Shown here in pieces: positions 1-8,022 of a stretch of 32,000 nt of DNA; position 1 is the first letter of the stretch, and the number at the start of each line of letters is the position of its first letter. This DNA is from Youngiibacter multivorans (lineage in GTDB: Bacteria; Bacillota; Clostridia; Clostridiales; Clostridiaceae), in assembly GCF_017873395.1 (NCBI RefSeq), contig NZ_JAGGKC010000035.1:1-32000 (forward strand), given 5' to 3'. The position numbers and the translations under genes are program-made. A model generated the notes under the pieces. It worked only from the letters and a program-made list of their open reading frames with translations. It was not told where the DNA came from and searched no databases.

Positions 1-567
1 AGGGATGGTTATTTGTTCCAGGAGCACGGAAGCTTAGCTCCTATTGAAAAAGAGATTGAGATAACGCTTAAGGACATAGATCAGCTTAATGCTATCAAGA
101 TCTGGTTACGTGGAAATGGGGATTTGGTACTATCAAGTGAGCCAGATGTGTTCTATATAGCTAAAGTAAGTGGCGGTATAGACTATAAGCGATTACTTCA
201 CCTAAGAACAGCAAAGTTAAAGTTCGTGTGCCAACCTTATGGCTATCTGGAGAGCGGATTGACGCTTCAAACCATAACTGTACCAGGAAGTCTTGTGAAT
301 CCGGGCACAGCATCTTCAAGACCAATAATCACAGTGTTTGGTACTGGTAGCATTACTCTGACAGTGAATTCAGCTAATGTGATTCTGAGTAATGTTATTG
401 ACTATGTGACCTTGAACAGCGAAATCGAGGAAGCATACAAGGATCTCCTTGGAAAGAATAACGATATGCAGGGCGAATTCTCAATACTTAATCCTGGCAC
501 AAACTTAATCTCTTGGACCGGAACAGTAACAAAGCTTGAGATAGTGCCCAATTGGAGAAATCTGTAG
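1..567 (+). CDS. Phage distal tail protein (Dit-like, siphovirus tail family), 5' partial
   Basis: The frame is open to the window edge (no stop in 1-12). The ...IKIWLRGNGDLVLSSEPDVFYIAKV... segment and the position directly upstream of the tail-tip protein fit Dit. Recognition is by recall only. Confidence 0.55.
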   Translation, partial: RDGYLFQEHGSLAPIEKEIEITLKDIDQLNAIKIWLRGNGDLVLSSEPDVFYIAKVSGGIDYKRLLHLRTAKLKFVCQPYGYLESGLTLQTITVPGSLVNPGTASSRPIITVFGTGSITLTVNSANVILSNVIDYVTLNSEIEEAYKDLLGKNNDMQGEFSILNPGTNLISWTGTVTKLEIVPNWRNL

Positions 568-578
568 GAGGTGGAGGT

Positions 579-2327
579 TTGATTAGGTTATTTGAAAAAG
601 ATGCAACAACCTTCACATCCAATGGAATAAATGTTCTTAATAACCTTATAAAGGCTACCTCCAAAGAAGTCCTAAACGGTCTTTATAGTGCAGAATTTGA
701 AGCAATTTTCGATACTACTGGGAAATGGAAAGAGATCATAGAAGGAAGGATTATTCACGCTGATGGCCAACCTTTCAGGATATATAAGACCCGTAAAGGC
801 ATGACAAGCCTTTATGTATATGCGCGTCATGTATTCTGGGACTTGGTCTACAACGAGGTCAGGGATATCAGACCTACAAATAAAGGAGCTCAAGCTGCCC
901 TGGAAGATGTTCTTGGGGCAGCTAATTATTTGCACCCATTTACAGCTTTCTCAGATATTTCAACGCCAGCTACTCAGTACTTTATAAATAGGAACATTGT
1001 TGACTGCATCATGGGGAGCGACAGCATTATCTCCAAATGGAATGGAGAACTGAAACTAGACGGCTGGCTCATCTCGATTCTAAGTCAAAGAGGCCTGGAC
1101 AATGGAGTAACCATCTCATACAGGAAAAATATTCTGAATGTGGAAGTAACAGAAGATTACGATGCACTAATAACCAGGATTAGGCCTAAAGGCAAAGACG
1201 GATTGGAGCTCCCCGAAGTTTATGTTGATAGTCCATATGTTAGTTCCTACGTATTTCCAAGGATTAAGGAAGTGGAGTTCGATATAGGCATCGACGAGGA
1301 AACATCTGAAGAAGAGGCTATAACACAGCTTAGAGAGGCTGCTACTTCCTACTTCATTGATTCTAAGTGCGACCTTCCAGTCACTAATATCAAAGTTGAT
1401 ATGTTAAACCTGGAGAATACTGAAGAATACAGGAATTTCAAGAACTTGGTTAAGGTGGAGCTTGGGGATACAGTAACCTGCAGGCATCTCGACTTAGGTA
1501 TTGACCACAAATCAAGAATTATAAGCATTGAGAAGGATCTGCTTCTTGGCAGAACTTCAAAGGTTGAGATTGGTGACTTCAAGGAAAGGATGTCAGGGAG
1601 CATTACAAAGATTTCTGACACACAAAAAGTGTTAGCCCAGACTGTGGAGAGGAATAATTCGGACTTAAATGCAGCAATCCTAAATGCGACCACACTTCTT
1701 ACGACTGCCCTTGGGGGTTACGTGCTAAAGCGAAATGGCGAGATCCTTATCATGGATACGGATGATCCAGCAACAGCTCAGAAGATATGGCGATGGAACA
1801 TCAATGGCTTAGGTTACAGTTCATCAGGAATCAATGGTAACTTTCCGATTGCAATAACCAATGATGGAAGGATAAGCGCATCTTTCATTACAACAGGTGA
1901 GCTTAGTGCAAATATTGTTAAGACCGGAATCCTTCAGTCAGCTAATGGGTCCAGCTGGATTAACCTTGCTGATGGTACTTTTAGCCTAGGAGCTGGAAGG
2001 ATTACAAACAATGACATAAGCTATGCTGGAACATCAATAGAGCAGGCGCTTAATGGGAAGGCTGATATGAGCACAGTTGAAGACATCAATCAGTACTTCA
2101 AGTTTGATGACGTAACAGGTCTAACCATAGGGGACAATAACAGCAACCTTAAGATAAACATCACCAATCAGCAGATGAACTTCAAGGACGGAGAAGCTAC
2201 AGTTGCTTACATCAATGGTCAGATAATGTATATCAAATCAGTGCAGGTGCTGGATTCAATGGTTGTTGGAAACCATAAGGTAGAAAAATATGATGCAAAT
2301 ATTACTCTGGTTAGGTGGATTGGATAG
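579..2327 (+). CDS. Phage tail-tip / minor structural protein (prophage endopeptidase tail, Tal-like)
   Basis: The ORF track starts at TTG 552. However, the upstream stop (TAG 565-567) and AGGAGGTGGAGG (566-577) favour TTG 579. The N-terminus LIRLFEKDATTFTSNGINVL and ~580 aa size are typical of siphovirus Tal proteins placed after Dit. Confidence 0.7.
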   Translation: MIRLFEKDATTFTSNGINVLNNLIKATSKEVLNGLYSAEFEAIFDTTGKWKEIIEGRIIHADGQPFRIYKTRKGMTSLYVYARHVFWDLVYNEVRDIRPTNKGAQAALEDVLGAANYLHPFTAFSDISTPATQYFINRNIVDCIMGSDSIISKWNGELKLDGWLISILSQRGLDNGVTISYRKNILNVEVTEDYDALITRIRPKGKDGLELPEVYVDSPYVSSYVFPRIKEVEFDIGIDEETSEEEAITQLREAATSYFIDSKCDLPVTNIKVDMLNLENTEEYRNFKNLVKVELGDTVTCRHLDLGIDHKSRIISIEKDLLLGRTSKVEIGDFKERMSGSITKISDTQKVLAQTVERNNSDLNAAILNATTLLTTALGGYVLKRNGEILIMDTDDPATAQKIWRWNINGLGYSSSGINGNFPIAITNDGRISASFITTGELSANIVKTGILQSANGSSWINLADGTFSLGAGRITNNDISYAGTSIEQALNGKADMSTVEDINQYFKFDDVTGLTIGDNNSNLKINITNQQMNFKDGEATVAYINGQIMYIKSVQVLDSMVVGNHKVEKYDANITLVRWIG

Positions 2328-2340
2328 GAGGTGAGTGTGA

Positions 2341-4272
2341 TTGGCGTTATCAGGAAGTTATTCGTATGATTCATGGTACTGGTATAACGATGTTTTTTAT
2401 CTAGGTTGGGACTGGAGTGCTACCCAGGATATTAATGCTAATACGAGCACCATTAGCATAGCATTCAAACTTTGGCGAAATAACACTTCGGCTGATATCA
2501 ATTCAACTGCTGGAAAAACCGGAACCATTGCATGCAATGGAACAACCACAACCTTCAGTCCAAACTATGTTACCCTTTTAGATCCAACACTTGTAAGGAT
2601 ACTAGGAACTACGACAAGGGTAATAAATCACAACGCTGAAGGGCAGGCCTCATTCACAATTGGGGGAACACAACAGTTTAATGTTAACTTCGCAGCAGGT
2701 TACATTGGGACTGTGACTATACCTACACAGAGCTACACGCTGGATACAATTCCACGTGCTTCATTAATAACAAGCTTCCCTGACTTCACTATCGGATCCG
2801 GAGTGACAGTCACAGCTCCAAGGTATTCAACAAGTTTCACTAATACCTTCCAGATAAACATTGGTGGAACAGTAATTGAGACTACCGGTGACTTGGCTCA
2901 GGATAGTTACACTTTCTCTGCAGCACAGCTCGATGAGATTTATGCAACGATACCATCAGCAGTTTCCACTACGGCTACTGCTTATGTGACCACAAAGCTT
3001 AACGGATCTCAGATAGGAAGTACTCAGAGCGCTTCTGCTACTGCAAATGTGGGATCAGACATCATTCCAACCCTGTCGAGCGTAACAGCTGCTGAGACAG
3101 TAACTGCGGTTACCAATCTGGCACTTGGCACAAATAACTTTGCTCAAACTCTGAGTAGGATCCAATTTACGATCAATGGAGCTGCAGGGGTGAAGTCCAG
3201 CTCGGTCTCCTCTTACAAAGTGGTCTTCAATTCTGTTGCATACACCAATTCATCCAGCATAGTCGGCACCACAGGTGCAATAACCTCGACTGGAGCAATA
3301 GTTGCGACAGCAACGGTAACTGACAGCCGAGGGAGAACAAGCACTTCAAAGACTGTAACATGTACGTTATTAACGTACAATGCTCCTGAAATTACTGCTT
3401 TTTCTGCTTTCAGAAGTACAAGTGGTGGTGTTGCGTCACCACTTGGAACTTATGCTAAATACACTTCAGCTGCAACAATAAGCAGTCTAAACAGCAAGAA
3501 TCAGATAACATATTCAATAAAATCAAAACTAAGGACTAGCGGAACATGGACTACCACCCATGTCAGTACCAGCCTTGCTGTTGGAACTACTTCATTAAGT
3601 GTTACTCCGGTATATGGAACCTATACGGCGACCACCAGCTACGATCTACTGTTAACGGTAACTGATAAATTCAACTCAGTGACTGCAGGATATGTGCTCT
3701 CAAGTGGTGAAGTTGCAATGTCCTGGAGTAAGACTGGAATAGGAGTCGGAAAGGTCTGGGAGCAGGGTGCCTTGGATATAGGTGGGGATGCCTACTACAA
3801 AGGAACAATATTAGAGAGTATTTTTGTATCAGGAGCTGCGACACTTATCGGAAGGACCTTATCTCCTCTGGTAACTTTATCATCAGCATCAGCCTGGGGA
3901 GACCTTCCTAATGGGTATTGTGGATTCATTTCTCATTCATCCGTAGGAGCACCTCCAGTTTCAAACTATGGCTACTTCATCAAGATTGCCTCAAGAGACA
4001 TGTCTAGAGGTTGGGGAGGAATTTGGATAGACTATAGCGGCACAGGTAATGCATTCTTTGGTAGGACTACAGATGGAAATGTGGCTGCTTCATGGACTAG
4101 GATTTACACCTCTGATGCTGCAGTTTCACATGCTCACGATAATACTTCAATTTCCCTTTCTGACTATGTTAGTGGCACTACTCCAAAGGTTGCTGGCATC
4201 ATCTCAGGAACAGGAGCTCCTCCAACAGCAAGCACAGTGCCTACAGGAACTGTGTACCTGAAGTATGTGTAA
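2341..4272 (+). CDS. Ser/Thr-rich tail fibre / receptor-binding structural protein
   Basis: TTG start follows AGGAGGTGAG. The protein is 643 aa with a long low-complexity T/S/A/V-rich beta-type middle and a distinct Gly/Trp/Tyr-rich C-terminal ~160 aa, plausibly a receptor-binding head. Its position after Tal supports the call. Confidence 0.6.
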   Translation: MALSGSYSYDSWYWYNDVFYLGWDWSATQDINANTSTISIAFKLWRNNTSADINSTAGKTGTIACNGTTTTFSPNYVTLLDPTLVRILGTTTRVINHNAEGQASFTIGGTQQFNVNFAAGYIGTVTIPTQSYTLDTIPRASLITSFPDFTIGSGVTVTAPRYSTSFTNTFQINIGGTVIETTGDLAQDSYTFSAAQLDEIYATIPSAVSTTATAYVTTKLNGSQIGSTQSASATANVGSDIIPTLSSVTAAETVTAVTNLALGTNNFAQTLSRIQFTINGAAGVKSSSVSSYKVVFNSVAYTNSSSIVGTTGAITSTGAIVATATVTDSRGRTSTSKTVTCTLLTYNAPEITAFSAFRSTSGGVASPLGTYAKYTSAATISSLNSKNQITYSIKSKLRTSGTWTTTHVSTSLAVGTTSLSVTPVYGTYTATTSYDLLLTVTDKFNSVTAGYVLSSGEVAMSWSKTGIGVGKVWEQGALDIGGDAYYKGTILESIFVSGAATLIGRTLSPLVTLSSASAWGDLPNGYCGFISHSSVGAPPVSNYGYFIKIASRDMSRGWGGIWIDYSGTGNAFFGRTTDGNVAASWTRIYTSDAAVSHAHDNTSISLSDYVSGTTPKVAGIISGTGAPPTASTVPTGTVYLKYV

Positions 4273-4283
4273 GGAGAAGATTA

Positions 4284-4928
4284 ATGGGAACAGTAACAAT
4301 AAACGCAAATGTAGACAATAACTGCCTTCAGGATGGACCTAACAGCGTATATCGAACTGCAACAAGTAACACTTTAAGGCAGACAAGCACCACAGCTCGA
4401 ATAATGGCCCTTAACTGGGACCTAAGCTCTATCCCTGCAAACTGCAGGATAAACTCGGCTACTCTGTATCTCAGGCTTTATAGTCTTGAGTCTGGGGCAG
4501 CGACAATCTATGCGCAGAGATGGCTTGCAGCATGGGGCGCAACCACAATAACCTGGAACAACATGCCGTCAGCTGCAGGTGATGGGGACAACTCGGTGAG
4601 CACAGGAACCACTCTTAACGTTGATGTAGCAGTACCAGTAACAAATATCGTGAGAGCCTGGTATGAAGGTGGAGCAGGGAAGTATGGAATCAAGGTCCTA
4701 TCCAGCACCGCAACAATGGCATACTTCAGAACTCAGGAGAGTGCAGCGCCAAACAACGCATACAACCCAAGGCTCTATGTTGATTACAGTGAGGTCCCGG
4801 CTTTCCAGGTAAATGTAGGTGACGTTTGGAAGCAGCCTTCAGCCATGTATGTGAATATTAGCGATACCTGGCGTCAAGTGGTACAAGCCTATGTAAATGT
4901 GGGAGATGTATGGAGAGAGGTAAAGTAA
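4284..4928 (+). CDS. DNRLRE-type carbohydrate-binding domain protein (tail-associated)
   Basis: The pattern ...LNWDLSSIPANCRINSATLYLRLYS...WGATTITWNNMP...VTNIVRAW...GIKV matches the DNRLRE domain layout. The C-terminus has three VN(V/I)(G/S)D(V/T)W(K/R) repeats. Confidence 0.5.
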   Translation: MGTVTINANVDNNCLQDGPNSVYRTATSNTLRQTSTTARIMALNWDLSSIPANCRINSATLYLRLYSLESGAATIYAQRWLAAWGATTITWNNMPSAAGDGDNSVSTGTTLNVDVAVPVTNIVRAWYEGGAGKYGIKVLSSTATMAYFRTQESAAPNNAYNPRLYVDYSEVPAFQVNVGDVWKQPSAMYVNISDTWRQVVQAYVNVGDVWREVK

Positions 4929-4938
4929 GGAGGAAGAA

Positions 4939-5550
4939 ATGATAAGCCACATAACAATATATAAGTATGACGACAGCTATCAGATCAGGTACTTCAAGGA
5001 TACAGTTTCCAATGAGATTGTGATTCAGAAAGCAACTGAGGAACTAAGAACGGTCATTGAGAGTCTGGTAGATCTGCTTGAAGAGGATCTACTTCCTGAA
5101 GAGAAGATAATAGAACTGACAGCTGAGGTTTTACGAGTCAACATTCAAAAGGAAGAAGTGGTGAATCTAAATATTAAGTACAAGGAAACGCTCCTGGAGA
5201 CTGAGTTAACAGCTGAACAGATGCTTGAACTCATGGAAATCTATCCTGAATGGGAACCAGTGCGTGACTACTCTGCTGGCAACATTTTGAGGTATGAGAG
5301 TAAGCTTTATGAAGTCCTTGCACCCGGTCACATATCACAGGTAGATTGGACTCCGGATGCCACTCCAGCTCTATTTAAGAAGATTGTGCCTGAAGGTGTG
5401 ATCCCTGAATGGATCCAACCAACAGGTAGTCATGATGCCTATAACATAGGAAACAGAGTAACATTCAATGATTTAGTATATGAGTCCATCATCGATAGTA
5501 ATGTTTGGAGTCCGGAAGCATATCCAGCAGGATGGCAACAGGTTAATTAG
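4939..5550 (+). CDS. Phage accessory protein with acidic coiled N-half and two CBM5/12-like carbohydrate-binding motifs
   Basis: AAGGAGG RBS. Two copies of the Y-x-x-G-N-x-(L/V)-x-(Y/F)-x-x-x-(L/V)-Y-E...W-(T/S)-P...(F/W) pattern occur: YSAGNILRYESKLYEVL..DWTP and YNIGNRVTFNDLVYESI..VWSP..GWQQV. Confidence 0.45.
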   Translation: MISHITIYKYDDSYQIRYFKDTVSNEIVIQKATEELRTVIESLVDLLEEDLLPEEKIIELTAEVLRVNIQKEEVVNLNIKYKETLLETELTAEQMLELMEIYPEWEPVRDYSAGNILRYESKLYEVLAPGHISQVDWTPDATPALFKKIVPEGVIPEWIQPTGSHDAYNIGNRVTFNDLVYESIIDSNVWSPEAYPAGWQQVN

Positions 5551-5578
5551 TTTAGACCAAATTCCCTCTTTATTTAAA

Positions 5579-5597
5579 AGAACATATGTTCTATAAT
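5579..5597 (+). promoter_or_regulatory. LexA (Cheo/SOS) box AGAACATATGTTCT abutting a TATAAT -10 hexamer
   Basis: A perfect 14-bp palindrome at 5579-5592 fits GAAC-N4-GTTC. TATAAT lies at 5592-5597. The next gene starts at 5628. Confidence 0.6.
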
Positions 5598-5627
5598 GAT
5601 TACACAAGGAAAGAGGGAGTGATAAGA

Positions 5628-5888
5628 ATGCAGACCAATCTCTTAGAAGTTGAGACACTAGCATACAGCAAACCAGGAGAACCACCGAGGCCTGTGACAT
5701 TCAGGTTCATGATAAATGACGAGTACATGAAAGGCTCCATCAAGAAGATCAGAGACAAAAAGACTGAGAAGTTAGCAGGGAACATCATGTACACGTATCT
5801 ATGTGACGCGGTGGTGGAGGATAGACCAACGACTGTAAAAATGAAGTATGAGCGGGACACCATGAAGTGGTACCTGTACAACCTATAA
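5628..5888 (+). CDS. Hypothetical 86-aa protein, first gene of the putative SOS-controlled accessory operon
   Basis: ATG 5628 is preceded by AAGAGGGAG. The track start at 5586 would lie inside the LexA box and -10 hexamer. No family recognised. Confidence 0.5.
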   Translation: MQTNLLEVETLAYSKPGEPPRPVTFRFMINDEYMKGSIKKIRDKKTEKLAGNIMYTYLCDAVVEDRPTTVKMKYERDTMKWYLYNL

Positions 5889-5912
5889 ATAAAAAAGTGA
5901 AGGAGACCTAAT

Positions 5913-6134
5913 ATGGCTGAAATTAAATATGAGGTAACTGCAAAATACGGAGTGCTTTCCACAAACAAATCTGGCTGGACCAAGGAAGTAAGAAGCATAT
6001 CCTGGAATGATAAGGAAGCGAAGTTTGATATTCGCGAGTGGGCACCAGGGGATGAAAAGATGGGAAAGGGCATAACGCTGTCAACCGAAGAAATGCGTGA
6101 GCTCAAGAAAATACTAAATGGACTCGATTTGTAG
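5913..6134 (+). CDS. ydbC: YdbC-family (PC4-like) single-stranded DNA-binding protein
   Basis: MAEIKYEV..YGVLS...GW.KE...ISWN...KFDIREWAP..EKMGKGITLS.EE...L is close to the recalled YdbC/PC4-like family sequence. GAAGGAG RBS present. Confidence 0.75.
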   Translation: MAEIKYEVTAKYGVLSTNKSGWTKEVRSISWNDKEAKFDIREWAPGDEKMGKGITLSTEEMRELKKILNGLDL

Positions 6135-6152
6135 TCTGAAACTGTGCCATTT

Positions 6153-6193
6153 AAGCACCTCCAGCATATATAGATTCTGGAGGTGTTTGCTTT
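6153..6193 (+). terminator. Rho-independent terminator closing the accessory operon
   Basis: Perfect 9-bp stem CACCTCCAG (6156-6164) / CTGGAGGTG (6177-6185), extendable by A-T/G-T pairs. A T-rich tail TTTGCTTTG follows. Confidence 0.6.
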
Positions 6194-6398
6194 GTATGAA
6201 TGTTTGATTTGTGGTGGAGAACTAATAGCCATAGATTATGATCTGGTCTGTGAAAAGAAAAAGCTAATGAGAAAGTACCACATGTTCTGTTTTAACTGTG
6301 GCGATGAATCCATTATGGATGTCCCAGATACGCGTGACAGTAAGCTTCAGAAAGGAATTCTTGCGGAAATGAGAAAAGAACCAGATATTTATGTTTAA
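6192..6398 (+). CDS. Small Cys-rich (CxxC...CxxC) zinc-ribbon-like protein
   Basis: The track start GTG 6183 overlaps the GGAGG (6179-6183). TTG 6192 has correct spacing. CLICGG and CFNCGD motifs are present. Confidence 0.4.
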   Translation: MYECLICGGELIAIDYDLVCEKKKLMRKYHMFCFNCGDESIMDVPDTRDSKLQKGILAEMRKEPDIYV

Positions 6399-6439
6399 AA
6401 ACTAATCTCCTCAGCATAATAAGCTTGGGAGGGGATAGT

Positions 6440-6613
6440 GTGGTAGTTGTAGAATGCGGTTGTGGTAAGAAACAGGTCCTGCACGATTATCGGATTACAA
6501 TGGATGATTGTGTAACGTTCAGGGAGTACTCTGGCAAATGTAAATGCGGTGAAAAGCTAAGTATGACGGATGTTAATCTTAAGGATCTTGAAAAAAGCAG
6601 ATACTTGAACTAA
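6440..6613 (+). CDS. Small Cys-rich (CGCG...CKCG) protein
   Basis: GTG 6440 lies after GGGAGGGG (6427-6434). The track start is TTG 6425. A terminator follows. Confidence 0.35.
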   Translation: MVVVECGCGKKQVLHDYRITMDDCVTFREYSGKCKCGEKLSMTDVNLKDLEKSRYLN

Positions 6614-6618
6614 ACGAT

Positions 6619-6650
6619 GAAAGCGTCTTGGAAAGCCAAGGCGTTTTATT
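6619..6650 (+). terminator. Rho-independent terminator
   Basis: AAAGCGTCTTGG-AAAG-CCAAGGCGTTTT hairpin with G-U wobbles, followed by a T-run. Confidence 0.6.
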
Positions 6651-6677
6651 ATGCGCAAAAATAAGGAGGAACAACGA

Positions 6678-7091
6678 ATGAAAGAAGTGTGGAATAGCAT
6701 ACAATATGCCTTTGCGGCAATAGGAGGGTGGTTGGGATGGTTTATGGGAGGATTTGATGGATTTCTATATGCCTTGGTAGTTGTCGTAACAATTGACTAC
6801 ATTACTGGTGTAATGTGCGCAATCCTTGACCGTAAGATCTCCAGTGATATTGGGGGAAAGGGAATATTCAGAAAGGTAGTCATTTTTTCACTTGTGGCAC
6901 TTGGAAACATCATAGATATCAATATTCTGGGTAAGGTTGGAGTAATACGGACTGCGGTGATTTTCTTCTATATATCTAATGAGGGAATAAGCATCTTGGA
7001 GAACGCTACAAGATTAGGTCTGCCTATTCCTGAGAAACTAAGAGATGTTCTGCAGCAGCTAAACGAAGGGGGAGACAAAGATGGGAACTAA
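6678..7091 (+). CDS. Phage holin (toxin-secretion/phage-lysis holin family, TcdE-like)
   Basis: ATG 6678 lies after AGGAGG. Multiple TM segments are present. Motifs: ...FLYALVVVVTIDYITGV..A......SS..G..G..RK......V.....ID and ...FFYISNEGISILENA...G.PIP. It overlaps the endolysin start by 11 nt. Confidence 0.8.
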   Translation: MKEVWNSIQYAFAAIGGWLGWFMGGFDGFLYALVVVVTIDYITGVMCAILDRKISSDIGGKGIFRKVVIFSLVALGNIIDINILGKVGVIRTAVIFFYISNEGISILENATRLGLPIPEKLRDVLQQLNEGGDKDGN

Positions 7092-7782
7092 GAAAATATA
7101 CCTGTCACCGAGCAATCAGCCGGACAATAAATATGTTGTGGGCAATACAAATGAGAAATTTGAGATGGAGGCAGTAGCAGTTAAAATCAAGCAAATCCTG
7201 GATGCAGAATATGAATGCGAGACTGTAGTAGCTACTACAAATCTAACCATTAACGCTTCAGGAAGGCCAAAGGAAGCCAAGGATAAGGGCTGCGATGTCT
7301 ATTTGGCCATTCACTCGAATGCAGGTGGAAAGGGAAAAGCCAGCGGTGCTGTGGCCTTCTATCATCCTAACAGTGATGGAAGCAAGGAACTGTCTAGAAA
7401 CATTGTCAGAGAGCTTAATGCAATCTGCCCGATACGGTCAAACAGAGACACTGCTGTGAAAAATGGTATGGAGCTCTATGCTGGATATGGCCTTGCTGAG
7501 GTAAGGAATCCAAACAAGATAGGGATAACAGCAGTACTCGCAGAGACTGACTTCCACGATAACCCGGCCACAGCAAAATGGATCATAGACAACAAGGATA
7601 AGATAGCGAGGGCTTATGTTGAGGCTCTTGTAAAAACTTTTGGAATTACGAAGAAGGTGCAGACAACTGAAGGCAAACTTTATCGGGTCCAGGCTGGTGC
7701 GTTCAAAGAAAAGGAGAATGCAGAGGCGCTTGTGACTAAGCTTAAGGCTGCAGGATTTGAGAGCTTCATAAAATATGACTAA
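7081..7782 (+). CDS. Endolysin: N-acetylmuramoyl-L-alanine amidase (Amidase_3-like) with C-terminal SPOR domain
   Basis: IYLSPSNQ...YLAIHSNAGG...ETDFHDN amidase motifs. The C-terminus YRVQAGAFKEKENAEALVTKLKAAGFESFI is a SPOR repeat. Confidence 0.8.
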   Translation: MGTKKIYLSPSNQPDNKYVVGNTNEKFEMEAVAVKIKQILDAEYECETVVATTNLTINASGRPKEAKDKGCDVYLAIHSNAGGKGKASGAVAFYHPNSDGSKELSRNIVRELNAICPIRSNRDTAVKNGMELYAGYGLAEVRNPNKIGITAVLAETDFHDNPATAKWIIDNKDKIARAYVEALVKTFGITKKVQTTEGKLYRVQAGAFKEKENAEALVTKLKAAGFESFIKYD

Positions 7783-7802
7783 TGGGTAACGAGGAGACAC
7801 AT

Positions 7803-7958
7803 ATGACAAAAGAACAGTTTGAGCGAGAGAAAGATTACCGAATTTCCAAGGCAGTGGCGAAATCAATCCTAAATCAAAATATCATAAACAATGAAGATTT
7901 TCGCAAAATAAACAACCTGCTGATTGCTAGATATAAACCAATGATTGGCAGTTTATAG
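7803..7958 (+). CDS. 51-aa ORF (below ORF-track threshold) immediately upstream of the recombinases
   Basis: GAGGAG (7791-7796) plus ATG 7803, stop TAG 7956-7958. The sequence is MTKEQFEREKDYRISKAVAKSILNQNIINNEDFRKINNLLIARYKPMIGSL. It resembles short ORFs I recall preceding large serine recombinases in Firmicutes mobile elements; this is unverified. Confidence 0.4.
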   Translation: MTKEQFEREKDYRISKAVAKSILNQNIINNEDFRKINNLLIARYKPMIGSL

Positions 7959-8022
7959 CTATATATGTAGTTGCTATGTATCAAAATGAGAGTTAACATT
8001 GGTGCTGAAAGGAGGAGATCAA

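Noticed and set aside
4049-4261. 70-aa plus-strand ORF inside the fibre gene
   Set aside because: It is in an alternative frame within a well-supported 643-aa CDS, has no RBS and has odd composition.
5600-6232. 210-aa ORF on the minus strand
   Set aside because: It is antisense to three plus-strand genes with good RBSs, including the recognisable YdbC-like gene. The translation is low-complexity and Ser/Phe/Leu-rich, with no RBS. It is a shadow ORF.
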